Assembly (NCBI GenBank): GCA_965240325.2
Contig: OZ251227.1
Span: 1,550,001-1,614,000 of the forward strand
Length of the DNA stretch: 64,000 nucleotides
Origin: Rebecca billardiae RCC1528
Taxonomy: Eukaryota; Protista; Haptophyta
Reading direction: 5' to 3'
The notes under the pieces were generated by a model, which ran no database searches, was not told the origin of the DNA, and worked only from the letters and a program-made list of their open reading frames with translations. The translations under genes were made by a program, and so were the position numbers. Below are positions 11,691 to 23,694 of this stretch, piece by piece (position 1 is the first letter of the stretch; each line of letters starts with the position of its first letter).

Positions 11691-13988
11691 CTATCGGGGC
11701 TCCGCCTCCTCCGCCTCCTCCACCTTCCTCGCCGTCGCCCGCCGGCGCGGCGGCCTGTCCACTGCGAGCGGGTCGTCCTGCAGCTTCTCGGCCGCGCCCG
11801 AGAGCTTGGCCCCGCTCTCCTCGCCGCCCTTCACCAGTCGCTCGTATGTGTCGATCAGCTGCTGCCGGTCCTCGGAGAAGGCGGTCGGGAAGAAGTCCGG
11901 GAAGATGCGCTGGATGAGCGAGAAGACGAGGACGTGCCTGCAGCCGAGCGGGGGCACGGGCACGCCGGGCCGAGGCCGAGCGGTGGGTGTCATGCGGCAA
12001 ATGGGCAGCCGGACGCGCGCGGCGTGCCGCGGAGCGCGCCGCCCCCGAGCAGAGCGCAACAGGCCGGCCGTGGGCGCGCGCGTGGACGTGCGCGCAGCGC
12101 CGCGCGCACCCCGGCGGTGAGAGCGGGATGATGAGGATGACCACAAACGGGATGAAGGTGAGCAGATCGCGCGCCGTGCGCTGCAGAATCCTCGCCTCGC
12201 GCTCGCTGAGCGTGCGCCCACTCGCCGCCCTGCTCACGAGCCCGAGTGAGAAGGACGTGTCTTGCAGCAGCAGCCGCACGCCGCGCAGGTAAAAGTCGAC
12301 GCCCGAGTACATCCGGTCGACGTTCGACTTGAGCGCGTCGGCGGTGCGCGGGAGGTCCCACTCGACCGCGTCGACGCTCGGCGTCGTGATCCCCAGCACG
12401 AGCATCAGGTCCTGCACGTCGCGCTCGAGCTCGGTCACGGTCGCGTCGCTCGGCTCGAGCTGGCCGGCGAGGACGCGCGAGCGCACGCGGCTGAAGCGCC
12501 GGCCGAGGCGGACGAAGGTGGCGGTGAAGCGGATGAGCTGGTCGTGGTTGGTGTTGGGCGGCGAGTCCACCGCCTCGCGCAGCTCGTCCTCCAGGAACGC
12601 GCACGCGCGCTCCAGATTGACCGCGATCAGCTTGACCTGCGCACACGGGCACGGCACACAGAAGGAAGCGCGGGCCGCGCGGCGCCGCGGGCGCGCGCCG
12701 GCCGCGGGCGCGCGCGCAGAGAGCGCACGTCCGACCACCGCGGGGGGAGCAAGCGCGCAGGGCGGTGGGGCGAGGGGGCACGCCCGTCAGCCACCGTGCC
12801 TTGAGCACGGCGCACGCGTGACTCGCTCGCTGCCACCGCGCGCAAGCCGCGGGCAGCGGGGAGCCGCACAACCCGCGCGCGCGCACGCGCTCGCGCAGTG
12901 CAGCCGCGCCCGCGCATGCGCGCATGCGCGCGTGCGCGCACAGCTATGTCGGCCTGCATCTTGGAGATGGAGCTCTGCGCGTTGAGCATCTGCTCGAGGA
13001 GGAAGCGGCGCGAGTCCTGCGACAGCGCCGCGTTGCGCGCCTCCTGCTGCCGCTGCAGCTGCGCGATGCCCAGCTGCAGCCGCTCGATCTCAGTGCGCGA
13101 GATGCGCAGCGCGCGCGCCTCCTCGCTCAGAGGGTTGCGCCGCGGCGCCTCGCCCGAGCGCGCCGGGTTGAGCCGGTTCCACAGCGCGCTGGTCGCGTTG
13201 AGCAGCTCGGCCGCGCTGGGCAGGGGCACTTCCGCCGCGCCGCCCCCCGCGTGCGCGCCCTCCGTCGGCCGGCCGCTCGCGCGCGGCGGCGCCTCGATCG
13301 TGGTGCGCAGCTGCTGCCTGCGCCTGTTCAGCTTGGCAATCGTCCGGCGCGCGGGCGCGAGCCGCGTGAGGACGGGGAACTCGACGGTCTTCTCGACGGC
13401 CTCGACGGCGGCGCGCAGGATCGTCTCGTTCTTCGCCGCCGCGGGCACCGGGTACGCCTCGCGCTGCCGCTCGAGGAACGCCTCGTACTCCGCGGCCAGG
13501 TCCTCGATGCCAGCGATGGCCGACTGCAGCCGGCGCGCCATCTGCTCGGCGACGTCGGCGCTGATCGCGCCACGCGCGGAGAGGCGGGTGCGCACGGTGG
13601 CCGCGTCCCTGCGCAGCCGCCGCGCGATCCCGCCAAAGTCGATGTCGCTCACCATCGACAGGTCGGCGCTCCAGTCCTTGCCGAGCTGCACGGCCAGCTC
13701 GCCCTCCTCCAGGTCGCGCCGCACGCGCAGCAGGAGCATGCAGTCCTCGGCGCGGAGCGCGCGCTGGCGCAGGGCGTCGGACTCTCCGGTGAGCGGTGCC
13801 AACGTGGCCTGCGCCTCAGGCTCGCCATCGCCGCTCGTCGCCACCGAGTCTGTCACCACGCACGCCACGCGAGCGCGCGGCCGCGCGAGCGAGCGCCGTG
13901 GCGCGCGCAGTGTGCGATGCGAGGCCGCGCCACGCAGCGCGAGGAGGAGACAGGACAGCACCGCAAGCGTTGCCCTCGATGGCGCCAT
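11691..13988 (-). CDS. LETM1-like protein, probably plastid-targeted (exons 13988-12942, 12636-12110, 11937-11691)
   Basis: Spliced motif RTLSEREARILQRTARDLLTFIPFVVILIIPLSPPG|HVLVFSLIQRIFPDFFPTAF; signal peptide plus Arg-rich transit peptide; GT-AG introns restore the frame. Confidence 0.85.
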
Positions 13989-14616
13989 CGGGCAGCTCGT
14001 CCCGCAGGTGCCCGCCGAGCGCGTGCGCGAGGCGCCGGCTGACGCCCTCTAGATGCAGATGAGCAGCTCGTCGCCTGCTGCGCTCCCGCCGCCAGCCAAT
14101 CGCTGATGAAGTCTTCGTCTGCGGAATGCTGCCGGAATCTGGGCGATCTGCGCGCGAAGAGCAGCCTCGCGACTTATCGCGATCCGATGAATGACGATCA
14201 CGATGGCGGCCGCTTGTGGCGGCTGGCCCTGGAGAAAGTCCCATCAGGTGACAGGTGGTCAGCAGGTGCGGGTGCGCGCGGCATTGTAGCACAGGTCGTA
14301 GTCAATCCATATATTGTCCCTGCTGCCCGATCTGCTGCTACAGCTTGCTGACTCTGACGCCTGCCCGTTGCATGCCACGACGAGTCATACCGCCTTACAG
14401 GCTCCGATCTGTGAATCATCATGAAAAGTAGACTGCTAGTAGCTCAGATCAGCTCAGGCATCGTCGGCTGAGATTGGTGCTCGGCAGAGCTGGCGAACGA
14501 CGCGGGTCGCCAGCTGCCTGCAGCTGGCTCGGCCTCGCGGACGCGTTTGTCGTGTACGCGTGTTCAGCTGCTTCAGCTTGTGGCTGCTGCGCCACAGACC
14601 CTGAGCTCCGGACAGC

Positions 14617-17600
14617 CTAGGCCATCGGGGCTGTGAGCAAGGCGTCGAGTTGGCGCTGGCGGATGCGCATCGCAGCCATGCCGGCGGAGCCAAGCACGAC
14701 GACAGCAGCGCCAGCCAGCACCAGGGCGACAAGCGCCACCGACTCACCCCCGACCGTCCCGCGCTGCACCGGCAGCGTGTGCGCGCTAGCCTCGCTGTGG
14801 AGAGCCTCCTCCTCCTCATCGTCATCGTCGTCGTCATCGTCGTCGCCGTGCTTGCGGCGGCGCCGGTGGCTGTGCCGGCGCGTGGCGTGCACGCGCACGT
14901 CATCATCGTGATCGTCCGTGGCGTGGACGCGCACGTCACCCTCGTGATCGTCCGTGGCGTGCACGCGCACATCGCCCTCGTGACCATGTGTGGCGTGCAC
15001 GCGCACGTCACCCTCGTGGTCGTCACCAGACGCGATGTGCACCGGCGTGTCGCCCTCGTGGTCGTCACCAGACGCGATGTGCACCGGCGTGTCCCCCTCG
15101 TGGTCGTCCTCCTCGTCGTCGCGCGAGTGGCGGCGACGGCGGCTGATGTGCGTGCGGCCGTGCGGGTGGTCGTCGGCATCCTTGTCGGAATCGTCGTCCT
15201 CGTCGTCCTCGTCGTCCTCGTCCTTGTCGTGCGATCGGCCGTGCGGGCGCGAGCGGCCACGCAGCCCGTGCGAGTGATCGTCGTGATCGTCGTGGTCCTC
15301 CTCCTCCTCCTCCGCCGCCAGCTCCGAGAGCGGCTCCACCTTGGGCCTGACCGGCAGTGCCGAGCCGCACACGGCCACGGCCTCGGACGCGGGCTCGCCC
15401 TCGCACTCGGAGTACAGGAAGACACCCGATGGGCACGCGTCCAAGATGTCGAGGCCGGTCTTGGGCTCACAGTCCGCGAGCGAGGTCGCGCTGCGCGGGC
15501 AGCTCATCTGCACGCGCCGGGCAGCCGCGCGCGCACCGTGGCGTGGGTCGGCCACGCTGCGCGTGAGCTGCGAGCGCGCGGGCGGCGAGGCGCACGCAGC
15601 ACGGCCGAGCGCGCCACCAGCCGCGCTGCGCGTGCCGCCGGGCGGGCGCGCGTGTGCGAACCTCTGACACGGCGAGAGCAGTCGAGTGCGCGGTGTATGT
15701 GCTAACCTTGCTCAGGCCCGAGTAGCCGAGCTGCCGGCACGCGAGGCTGGCTGCAGGGACCCCGGGCGCAGGGTGCGCGGAGGCGCGTCAAGCGGCGGCG
15801 CAGGCGTGTGCACCGCGTGACGCGCGGTGGGTGCGTGGTGGCGCGCGCGGCGCGCTGCGCACCGGTCTCGTCGCGCGAGTCGCGATCGTCGCCGCAGACG
15901 GCGCGCCAGCTGCCCTGCCTGTACATCGTGACCACCCCCTTGTCACTGTGCTGCCCCGTCAGCTGCACGTCGCCCTCCACCGGCATCGCGCACCGCGGCG
16001 GCGTGGCAGGCGTCGCCGGGTACGACGCAATCGCGCCTGTGGCCGGGCGGCGCGGCGCGCGTCGGACGGGCGGCGCGGCCGAGGCGGGGCTGCCGAGTGA
16101 GCGGCTGGCGTGGGGGCGGGCTTGACGCGCTGCCGCGCGCACCGATGCCGAGCTCGCCCTTGCCCCGCCGGAGCCGCATGTACCCGCCCTCGCCCCAGCT
16201 CGTGCCCCACGAGTTCTTGAGCTGCGGAGGCGGAGGCGCAGGCGCAGGCGGAGGCGGAGGCGGGCGGGAGGTCGGCGCCGGGCGCGCGTGAGCGAGGCGC
16301 GCGCCCGGCGTGCGCTCCGCGTGTGCATGCGCCGCGCCGGCGCACTTTGCGCTGCGCGCATGTGCCCCCGTCTCCACTCGCCCCATCGCGAGCGGCAGCC
16401 ACGCTGCAGGGGCCACGCTCGCTCGCTCGCTTGCTCGCTCGGTCCCGCGCGCGCTCGCACGCGCGCGCTCGGCGGCGCGCGCGCACCAGCCAGTACGGCA
16501 CGTCCCCCTCCACGCCGTAGCCGACGATGAGCATCACGTGGTTCGGGCTGCCGTGCGAGTCATGCCCGCGCCCGCGCCGGCCGTGCGACGCCTCCTCCTC
16601 GCCGCTCGAGGCCGTCGAATAAATCCCGCCCTTGTAGAAGGCGACGGCCGGCGCGGACGCGTCGAGCGCGGCCGCGACCGGCTGCTGCGCGACCGCGTCC
16701 ATCAGGACTTCCTCGTCCTGCGGCACCTCGAAGTAGCCGCCGCACGTGGCGGCGGGGAGGCAGTGCTTGACGTGCTCGAAGGGCGGCTCGGTGTCCGGCT
16801 CGCACAGCCCGTACGCCCCGCCGCAGCACGCGCACACGCCCTGCGCCACCAGCGCGTCCGCGGCCGTGTAACTGCCATATGTGCCGGCCTCGGTCAGCCC
16901 GCCGTGCGTGTCCACCCAGCCAAACGCGTTCTGTGGCAGCCCGCCGGCGCACTCGGCCTGCACGCGCGCGCAGGGCGGAGGGGGGGCGGCGTCGACGCGG
17001 CGGCGCGTGAGCACGGCCGAGCCACGCACGCGACCCCCGAGCCCCGCGCGCGGAGCCTCGGCGGCAGCTGCCCGCGGCAGCGCCGCGCGCGGGCGCGCTT
17101 GCGCGCACCGGCCCTGAGTTGCGGCCTCGCGAGGAGGAGGAGGCAGCGCCGCAGCTGAGCAGCTGCTGCGTGGAGAGCTTACGCGCCACGCCGTCCGACA
17201 TGATCGCCTGCAGGCCCTCGAGTGCGCCCACGGCCGCAAAGGCCCAGCCGGAGGCGCACTTGCCCTACTCCAGCCGAGCGCGAGGCCGGGTCGACGCGTG
17301 CGCGCGACACACGCACAACACGGGCGCGGGGCGCGCTGAGCGAGCCGCGCGCTGCTGCCAGCATCCCGGCGCGAGAGGGCAGCGAGGGCCGACGCTCGAC
17401 GGGCCTCGCGCGCGCGCGCACCTGGTCCTCCACCGCGGTGACCACGTCACTCTCCGCCCAGTCCACCGCGTCGGGCACCTCCTTGCTCGCCGCGCCGAAC
17501 ACGTCGGGCGCGTGCTGCCCCACGTGCGAGTATGAGCGCGGCATGCGGCTCATGTCCGTCAGGCGCAGCTCGGAGAAGCGCTCGTGTGTCTCGTCGGCGA

Positions 17601-18035
17601 AGGTGTTGAGCGCGCACGAGAAACCCGTGTCCGCCGACTGGGCGTTGCACGCCTCGACGGCCTCTTGGTTCTGGCGTGGCGCAGCAGCAGCGGCAGCAGC
17701 GGCGGCGGCGGGGCGCGCGCGCGCACGACACATGGCAGGCACGAGCGCGTGACGACTCGCGCGGCTGGGGGCGCGCGTGGGCGTGCGCGCTCGTCCGTTC
17801 GTGCCCATGCACGCACCGTGAAGAACGCCGCGAGCGCCGCCCGCTCCTCCTCGCCCGAGCCGTAGCGCTTGCCGTTCATGACCTTCCACGTGTGGAAGAG
17901 GTCCACCATGTGGCCGTACTTGCTGCGGTCCATCGCGTCCTCCAGCGCGACGTGCTGCGAGGCACGCGCGAGCGTGAGCGTGCACGCCAGGCCAAGCGCC
18001 ACGCCCGAGAGCGCGTGTCCGCGCAGCCGCGTCAT
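14617..18035 (-). CDS. Multi-exon papain-family (C1A) homolog with I29 propeptide, SRCR domain, His/Asp-rich repeats and C-terminal TM; catalytic Cys replaced by Gly
   Basis: LNTFADET (propeptide), PDAVDW, VEDQ|GKCASGWAF, NHVMLIVGYG, KNSWGTSWGEGGY; SRCR GVVTMYRQGSWRAVC..ACRQLGY..MSCP..LADC; TM VALVALVLAGAAVVVLG. Confidence 0.85.
14882..15105 (-). repeat. Coding minisatellite (36-42 bp units) encoding HEGD(V/T)(R/P)VH repeats
   Basis: DDHEGDTPVHIASG x2 and HEGDVRVHAT x3 plus one variant, read directly. Confidence 0.85.
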
Positions 18036-19884
18036 GGCGGTGAGACGCTCACCCTTATGACGGCAAGCCAGGCGCCGCTGGAGTGCTCGCGATTCGCCTC
18101 CTTCTTGCAGTGAATCGGCGGCGTTCGACGTCTTGGCGATTTGCAGTGGCCGCCCCCCCCGCCCCGGACTAAGACTGCGGCACTGCACGGCCGAGGGACG
18201 GGCGAGCTGAGCGGCAATCGACGCACCTGCTTTTGAATATCAGACGACTGGGTCTGGGGACGAACGAGTGGCCACCCTTGGAGTGGCCGACTCTACTCGG
18301 GCGCGTGGCGCGAGTGCTTGGAAACCACGGAGCACACGAATGCCGGTGGTTTCCGACCTTCGCCGCCACGGCCCGCCTCCCCGTTCGCCCGCAATCGGTA
18401 CCGCAGTCTGGTGCCCAGTTCCTCTCACTCCCGCGTCGGCAGTGGCGCGAAGCCGAAGCGCATCGGGAAGAAGCACAACTGGGACCTGGATACAGGTGGT
18501 AGATAGAGCCTTCAAGGAGGCTGCTGTCGCGAACGAGCAGGTTGCGCCGGTTGCGGTATGCGCGTGCACCTTTGCACGAACGTGTGCTGGTCTCCTGCTG
18601 CACTGCTCGTACCGTACGCACGAGTGCGCAACCGTGCGCACGCGCTCAGGTGGCTCGGACCACACACGCGAGTGCTTGTGAAGCTCGCCTCACGAGGCCT
18701 TCGTAGAAGAAGGCGGGCAACCGTAGTGCGCTAAGGAAGCAGAAGGAGATGCTCGCCAAACGCGTGCAGCGCGCGAGGGCGAAGCTTGCTACAGCGCGCG
18801 CGGCCTCTGCTGTTGCAGCTCGGGCCGCTGCTCCGGCCGTGCAGGCGTCTGGCGCGGGGTCCTCGGACAAGCAGGCGAACTCTGGCCAGTCTGCCTTTGC
18901 CGCCGCCAAGAAGTATCGGAAGCGCACGTATTTGGTCGTGCGCGTGGCGCGCTCGCGCGCCGTGACGCAGCAAGCAGGCGATCCTTGACAAGCGCCTCGC
19001 TGACGCTCAGCAGGCCGAGGCGACGAGCGCGGCGCTCGACCACGCTGACAGGCACGCCCTGAGTGAGGGTGAAGGCACCTTTCGAGACAGCACTCATCAG
19101 GCGCTCGACGTAGGGTATGTCATTGGTCGCGCGCGTGTGTGATCACGGCAGCAAGACTAAGTCGCGCGAGGTGGAGTAGGTGGTAGCGCGCCTCTTCGCC
19201 GCATCATCCGCAGCTGACTGGCGTGCGCCAGCTCGCTCACGTCGCGCGCGGCAGCGGTCTGCTTCCACCCTGTTCGCTCAGCGCGGCGCCGGCTGCACCG
19301 CCCGTTCCGCTGGACGCCGGCTCGCTCGTCGTTGACGACTTCTTCTTCAACCCGGTCGCGCGGGCGCGGTGATGGCACACTCCGGCAGGCAGATGCGGCG
19401 CACTGCTCTATGCATGCGTGTGCCTTTCCACGACGTCGACTCAGGCTGCTACGCGTGGCATCCAGCTCGAGGCGGAGGTCGCCAGGGCTCGCCCAAGGTC
19501 GAGTCTGCCTTGCGTGTGCTAGGTCGCCGAGGTGCGGCCGCAGGGTGCTCGCTGGCTGACTCCTGACGATGACGAGGAGTTGCGCGCCGTCGCAACCTCT
19601 CGCACGTAGTATCGTGCCGACCGAGTCGAGTCGGATGACGCTCGTGGCGGCTGCTCTTCAAATGACGCGGTCGGTCCCTTGGCGAGCTTGCGAGGAGGGC
19701 TCGGTCTGCTACATGTGCGTCAGTAGTCACGCGGCCTAAAGCGTGCGCAAGACTCATTGAGTCGTACATGGCGCGGCAGCAACGCGGCTGCACCCGTGAG
19801 GCGGGCACCGTGGGCAGGCAAGCCATGCTCCAATTCCTCCAAAGGCCGTGAAAGGGTCGATCGAAATGTATATAACACTAAGCG

Positions 19885-19984
19885 NNNNNNNNNNNNNNNN
19901 NNNNNNNNNNNNNNNNNNNNNNNNNNNNNNNNNNNNNNNNNNNNNNNNNNNNNNNNNNNNNNNNNNNNNNNNNNNNNNNNNNNN
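19885..19984. other. Assembly gap (100 N)
   Basis: Run of Ns. Confidence 1.
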
Positions 19985-21213
19985 ACATGATGCATCTGTG
20001 TGCAACGCCTGCGCACGTGGCTGTCGCTATGCTATGCCTGAGTAGTTGGGCTGACGAGTAACTAGAAATCCGGAGGCTCGATCCGCGACAGATGGTTGCC
20101 TGCAAGGTGCATGCCATGCGCAGGATAGGTGTCTCAAGGCGGCGCGGCTTGCGCGCAGGTACATGCTTCCTCGTTCGGCCTCATCGCGTGACCCGAGTTG
20201 ATCGCATCGCGAAAGGCGGGTCACGGCTGAGGCCGGTGCCAAGCTGCTCCGGGCACTCGGATTGGCAGATTTGGTCAGTAGGCGCGGCAAGGTCAACGAG
20301 GAGCAAGCTGCGGAGCGCAATGCGGAGCATGGCGGTGTTCAGATGCCACGCAAGCAACGCGCCGCCTTCGCACTGCAGCTCGATGGCCGCAGTGCCCCGC
20401 GCCGCGCGCGCGCCAAGCGCCCATCGCGAGGTCAGCTGAGCGCGCCCCATTACATTTTCCCGCGCTCAGTTTTCGCTGGACCAAAGGAACCGAGATATAT
20501 CATCTCCCACTTTCAGACTCCGTCAGGCCAGGCGGTCAGGCAGAGAAGCCGCCAGCTCGTGTGGGTGATGAAATCGCGAACATTCTAATTTCAAATACGG
20601 CCCGCCATTTGCCCACGCCATAAGGCAGCCTACCTCTCAAGCGCCTTCGCACCGTTTCTTCCAGAGTGATCAGTGATGAGGCGTCGTAAATTCGTGGTAC
20701 GCGGCTAACTTCAAAGGCCGCCGGTATTATGATGGGCGTGAGTTCCCGTTGGCCGTATTCATGTTTGTTAGAGGGGATCCACACGAAGCTTCATCATCAA
20801 CATAATTGATTCGCGAGTTGGTTAAAACCACGCTCTGGACGACTTATGGGAAATGGGAGCGCTCGAAATTCATAGAGCACTTCTCTCTGAGATCGCGATC
20901 TCGATTGATCAGTCCACCCATGTTCAGCTTGATTAGCTCTATTCACTATTAAAGGGTGCCCGTGATGGGTGGGGTGATGCTCCCAACCGAGCGAAGCACC
21001 ATTTCAACTTGGCTCGTAACTCGAGACCACTTGTGGAGTAAGTCGTGAAGGCCGCCTTCTCCGCCGCTCGACGAGCGCGCGATGTGTAGGCGCCCCACTT
21101 GTGTTTCTGCTGGCATCACTTCCCGCGGCAGCGCGACCTCGTTGCGATCTTGCGAGGAGATCAGTGTCGAGATCCCCGGGCCGCCCAGAGCGACCCTGCG
21201 GCTCGCACGCTCG

Positions 21214-22717
21214 ATGCTGGGCGAGAGCCACGCGGCTACGCTAGCTCCGCAAGTGGGCGCAGCGACGACGCCGGCGATGGGATATGCGCACGCTCAGTTC
21301 GCAACTGCCACTCCTGGCGGCCAGGTCTCGTACATGCCCGTCGCAGCCCCGTCGGTCAGCGCGCCGATGGCGCTCGGCATGCTTTCGAACGGCCTGAACA
21401 TGAACGGCGGGCCGAATGCCTCGGCGGGCTACATGTCGGGCGGCGGCCTGCCGCGCGGAGAGCTGCAGCCGCAAGTGATTGCGAATGGGCCTATGGTCGG
21501 CAACCCCGCGCTACCTGCTACATCGCTCGCAAGCGGCGTCGCAGCGGCCGTGCTGGCACAACCGCAGGGCGCGTCGGCGCTCGGCACAATGATGCAGGCG
21601 GGCGTGCCCGCAGGAGGGCCCCCGCCCAGTCTGGTGAACCAAGCCCAGCTGAATGCCGGCCAGCTGACCGCGCAGCAGGGCGCCGGCGGAGGCACCGGCC
21701 AGCAGATGAACCTGCCCATCCAGCAGGAGATGGAGCTCGAGCTCCAGCTGCGCGGCAGCCTGCTCGTGCAGCAGCAGCGCCGGATCGTGCAGCTCGAGGA
21801 GGAGCTGAGTAAGTCGTGGACGGAGGTGCGCGCCGCCCGCGCACGGGGGCGCCCCCACCTCCGCGTGCCCCGCCTTCGCTCGTCCCGCGGGCCTGACCCT
21901 CGCCCTGCGCCGCGCCGCGCGCTCGTCGCCCGCGCTCCAGCTCGAGCGGCTGAGGTCACGTGTGCAGACTTTCGAGCGCGAGAAGAAGCGCGGTGATGAC
22001 GAGAGCAAGGCGAAGCAGCCGCGGTACTGGACGTCGGAGGAGCACCGCCTTTTCCTCGAGGCCCTGGACAAGTGAGCCCCCCCCCCCCCCCTCCCCGCGC
22101 CCGGCCGCCCTCGCGGACTCGCGCCGCGCGCGGGCCCGGAGCGACGCCCTCAACACACGCCCCTTCTCCCCCATTTGCTCTTTGCTCTCGCGCCTGCGCA
22201 GATTCGGCCAAAAGAACGTGAAAGCCATCTCGAACTACGTTGGCACGCGCACGCCGACGCAAGTGCGAACGCACGCGCAGAAGTACTTCCTCCGTATGGT
22301 GCGTTTGCACCGACCGTCGCGTGGCCCCACCCGGACCACGCGCGCGTGCGCCCGCACTCACTCCATGTCGCACCACGCGCATGTTTGGCACACGACCGCG
22401 CACGCGCGCAGAAGACGGACGGCGAGGGCGATGGCGAGGGCGATGGCGAGGAGGGCAGCGACCGCGGCGACGGCGTCGATGTCGGCGACGGCGACGGCGA
22501 GGGCGAGGAGGGCGACGAGGTCCCAGACTCGCAGGTGGCCAAGCGGCTGCGCACGGCTGACGCTGCAGATGTGCCCTTGCCAGGCCCGTTGCCTGGCGCA
22601 GGCGCGCCTGCTGAATCGCCGCCGGCCGAAGCGGCAGCAGCGCTCGCAGCGAGCGGCGATGCGGCCGAGCCCGCCGATGGCGCCGACGGCGATGCCAATG
22701 TGCCCGCAGATGACTAG
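21214..22717 (+). CDS. Myb-related SHAQKYF-class transcription factor (3 introns)
   Basis: Spliced RYWTSEEHRLFLEALDK|FGQKNVKAISNYVGTRTPTQVRTHAQKYF; upstream Q-rich region and coiled coil; acidic C-terminus. Confidence 0.9.
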
Positions 22718-23694
22718 GCTGGTCTGCCGCGCGTGGTCGCGCTGCTCGGACCAGCGACGCGTCACGTCGCGAGCGGCACGTCGCACCAGTCTCCACCTTG
22801 ATCGACGGCAAGTTCACAGGCTCAGCACTCGGTCCATCCTGGACACCGGCGCGTCGGACACCCGACCTGCACTCACTGGCCTCGACCGGCACCAGCATCT
22901 CGGGCACTGACTGATGGCGTGGCTGCGCGCTGTGCCGGAGGCCACGCGCGGCTTGCGCGGACGGTCATCCCGGGCACCGGTTGCAGTTCGGCCTTTGTTT
23001 GGGGGCGGCCGGCGGCGGCACGGCACAGGACTCAGGAGTGGCCTCCGCGAGCGGCATGAAGCCGCTCGCTCGCTTGGCCCTTGACCGTCCTGCGCGCGCA
23101 CTCGCGCACTCAGTCCGATGAATCAGACATCAGTAAATCAGGCTGCCATCGCCATCAGGATGTGTCATGTGATCAGGAAGAGGAAGACTACAGAGTACAG
23201 GATTATTCTAATTCAGATTTCAGTTCTGACGATCCTTATATTAGACCGCTCAATCTGAAATATCGATCTGAATCAGAATAACTCATCGATACGGCGGCGG
23301 CCACTCCGTCTCCGTCGGCGGCCCCGTGCGCGGGCCCGTGGCGGGGCCACTCCTCCTCACACTGCCGCACTGTGAGTGAGTGTGAGTGTGACTGGGGCGA
23401 AGCCGCCACTATAGCCGCAGCACTCAGCTGTCAGCAGGCAGCAGTGCGGTATAACTCTAGCGATAGAGTGAGTGAAGTACAACGGCTGCTTACGGACAGC
23501 CCCGCCTTACGTGAGACCGCTTAGCTTCGCCGAGCTCGGACTTCGGGACTAGCAGCAGGCGTCTAGCAGAAGCAGTCGGCAGGGCATACGGAACTACGGC
23601 AGTGCTGACGACGACGATGAGTATTATTGTTTCTGCCTACGACTCACGCCCGGTGCACCCGGAGGAGGCTGAGGCTCAGGACTCAGGCTGAGCC

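Noticed and set aside
19720-20117. ORFs crossing the N run
   Set aside because: Artefacts of the assembly gap.
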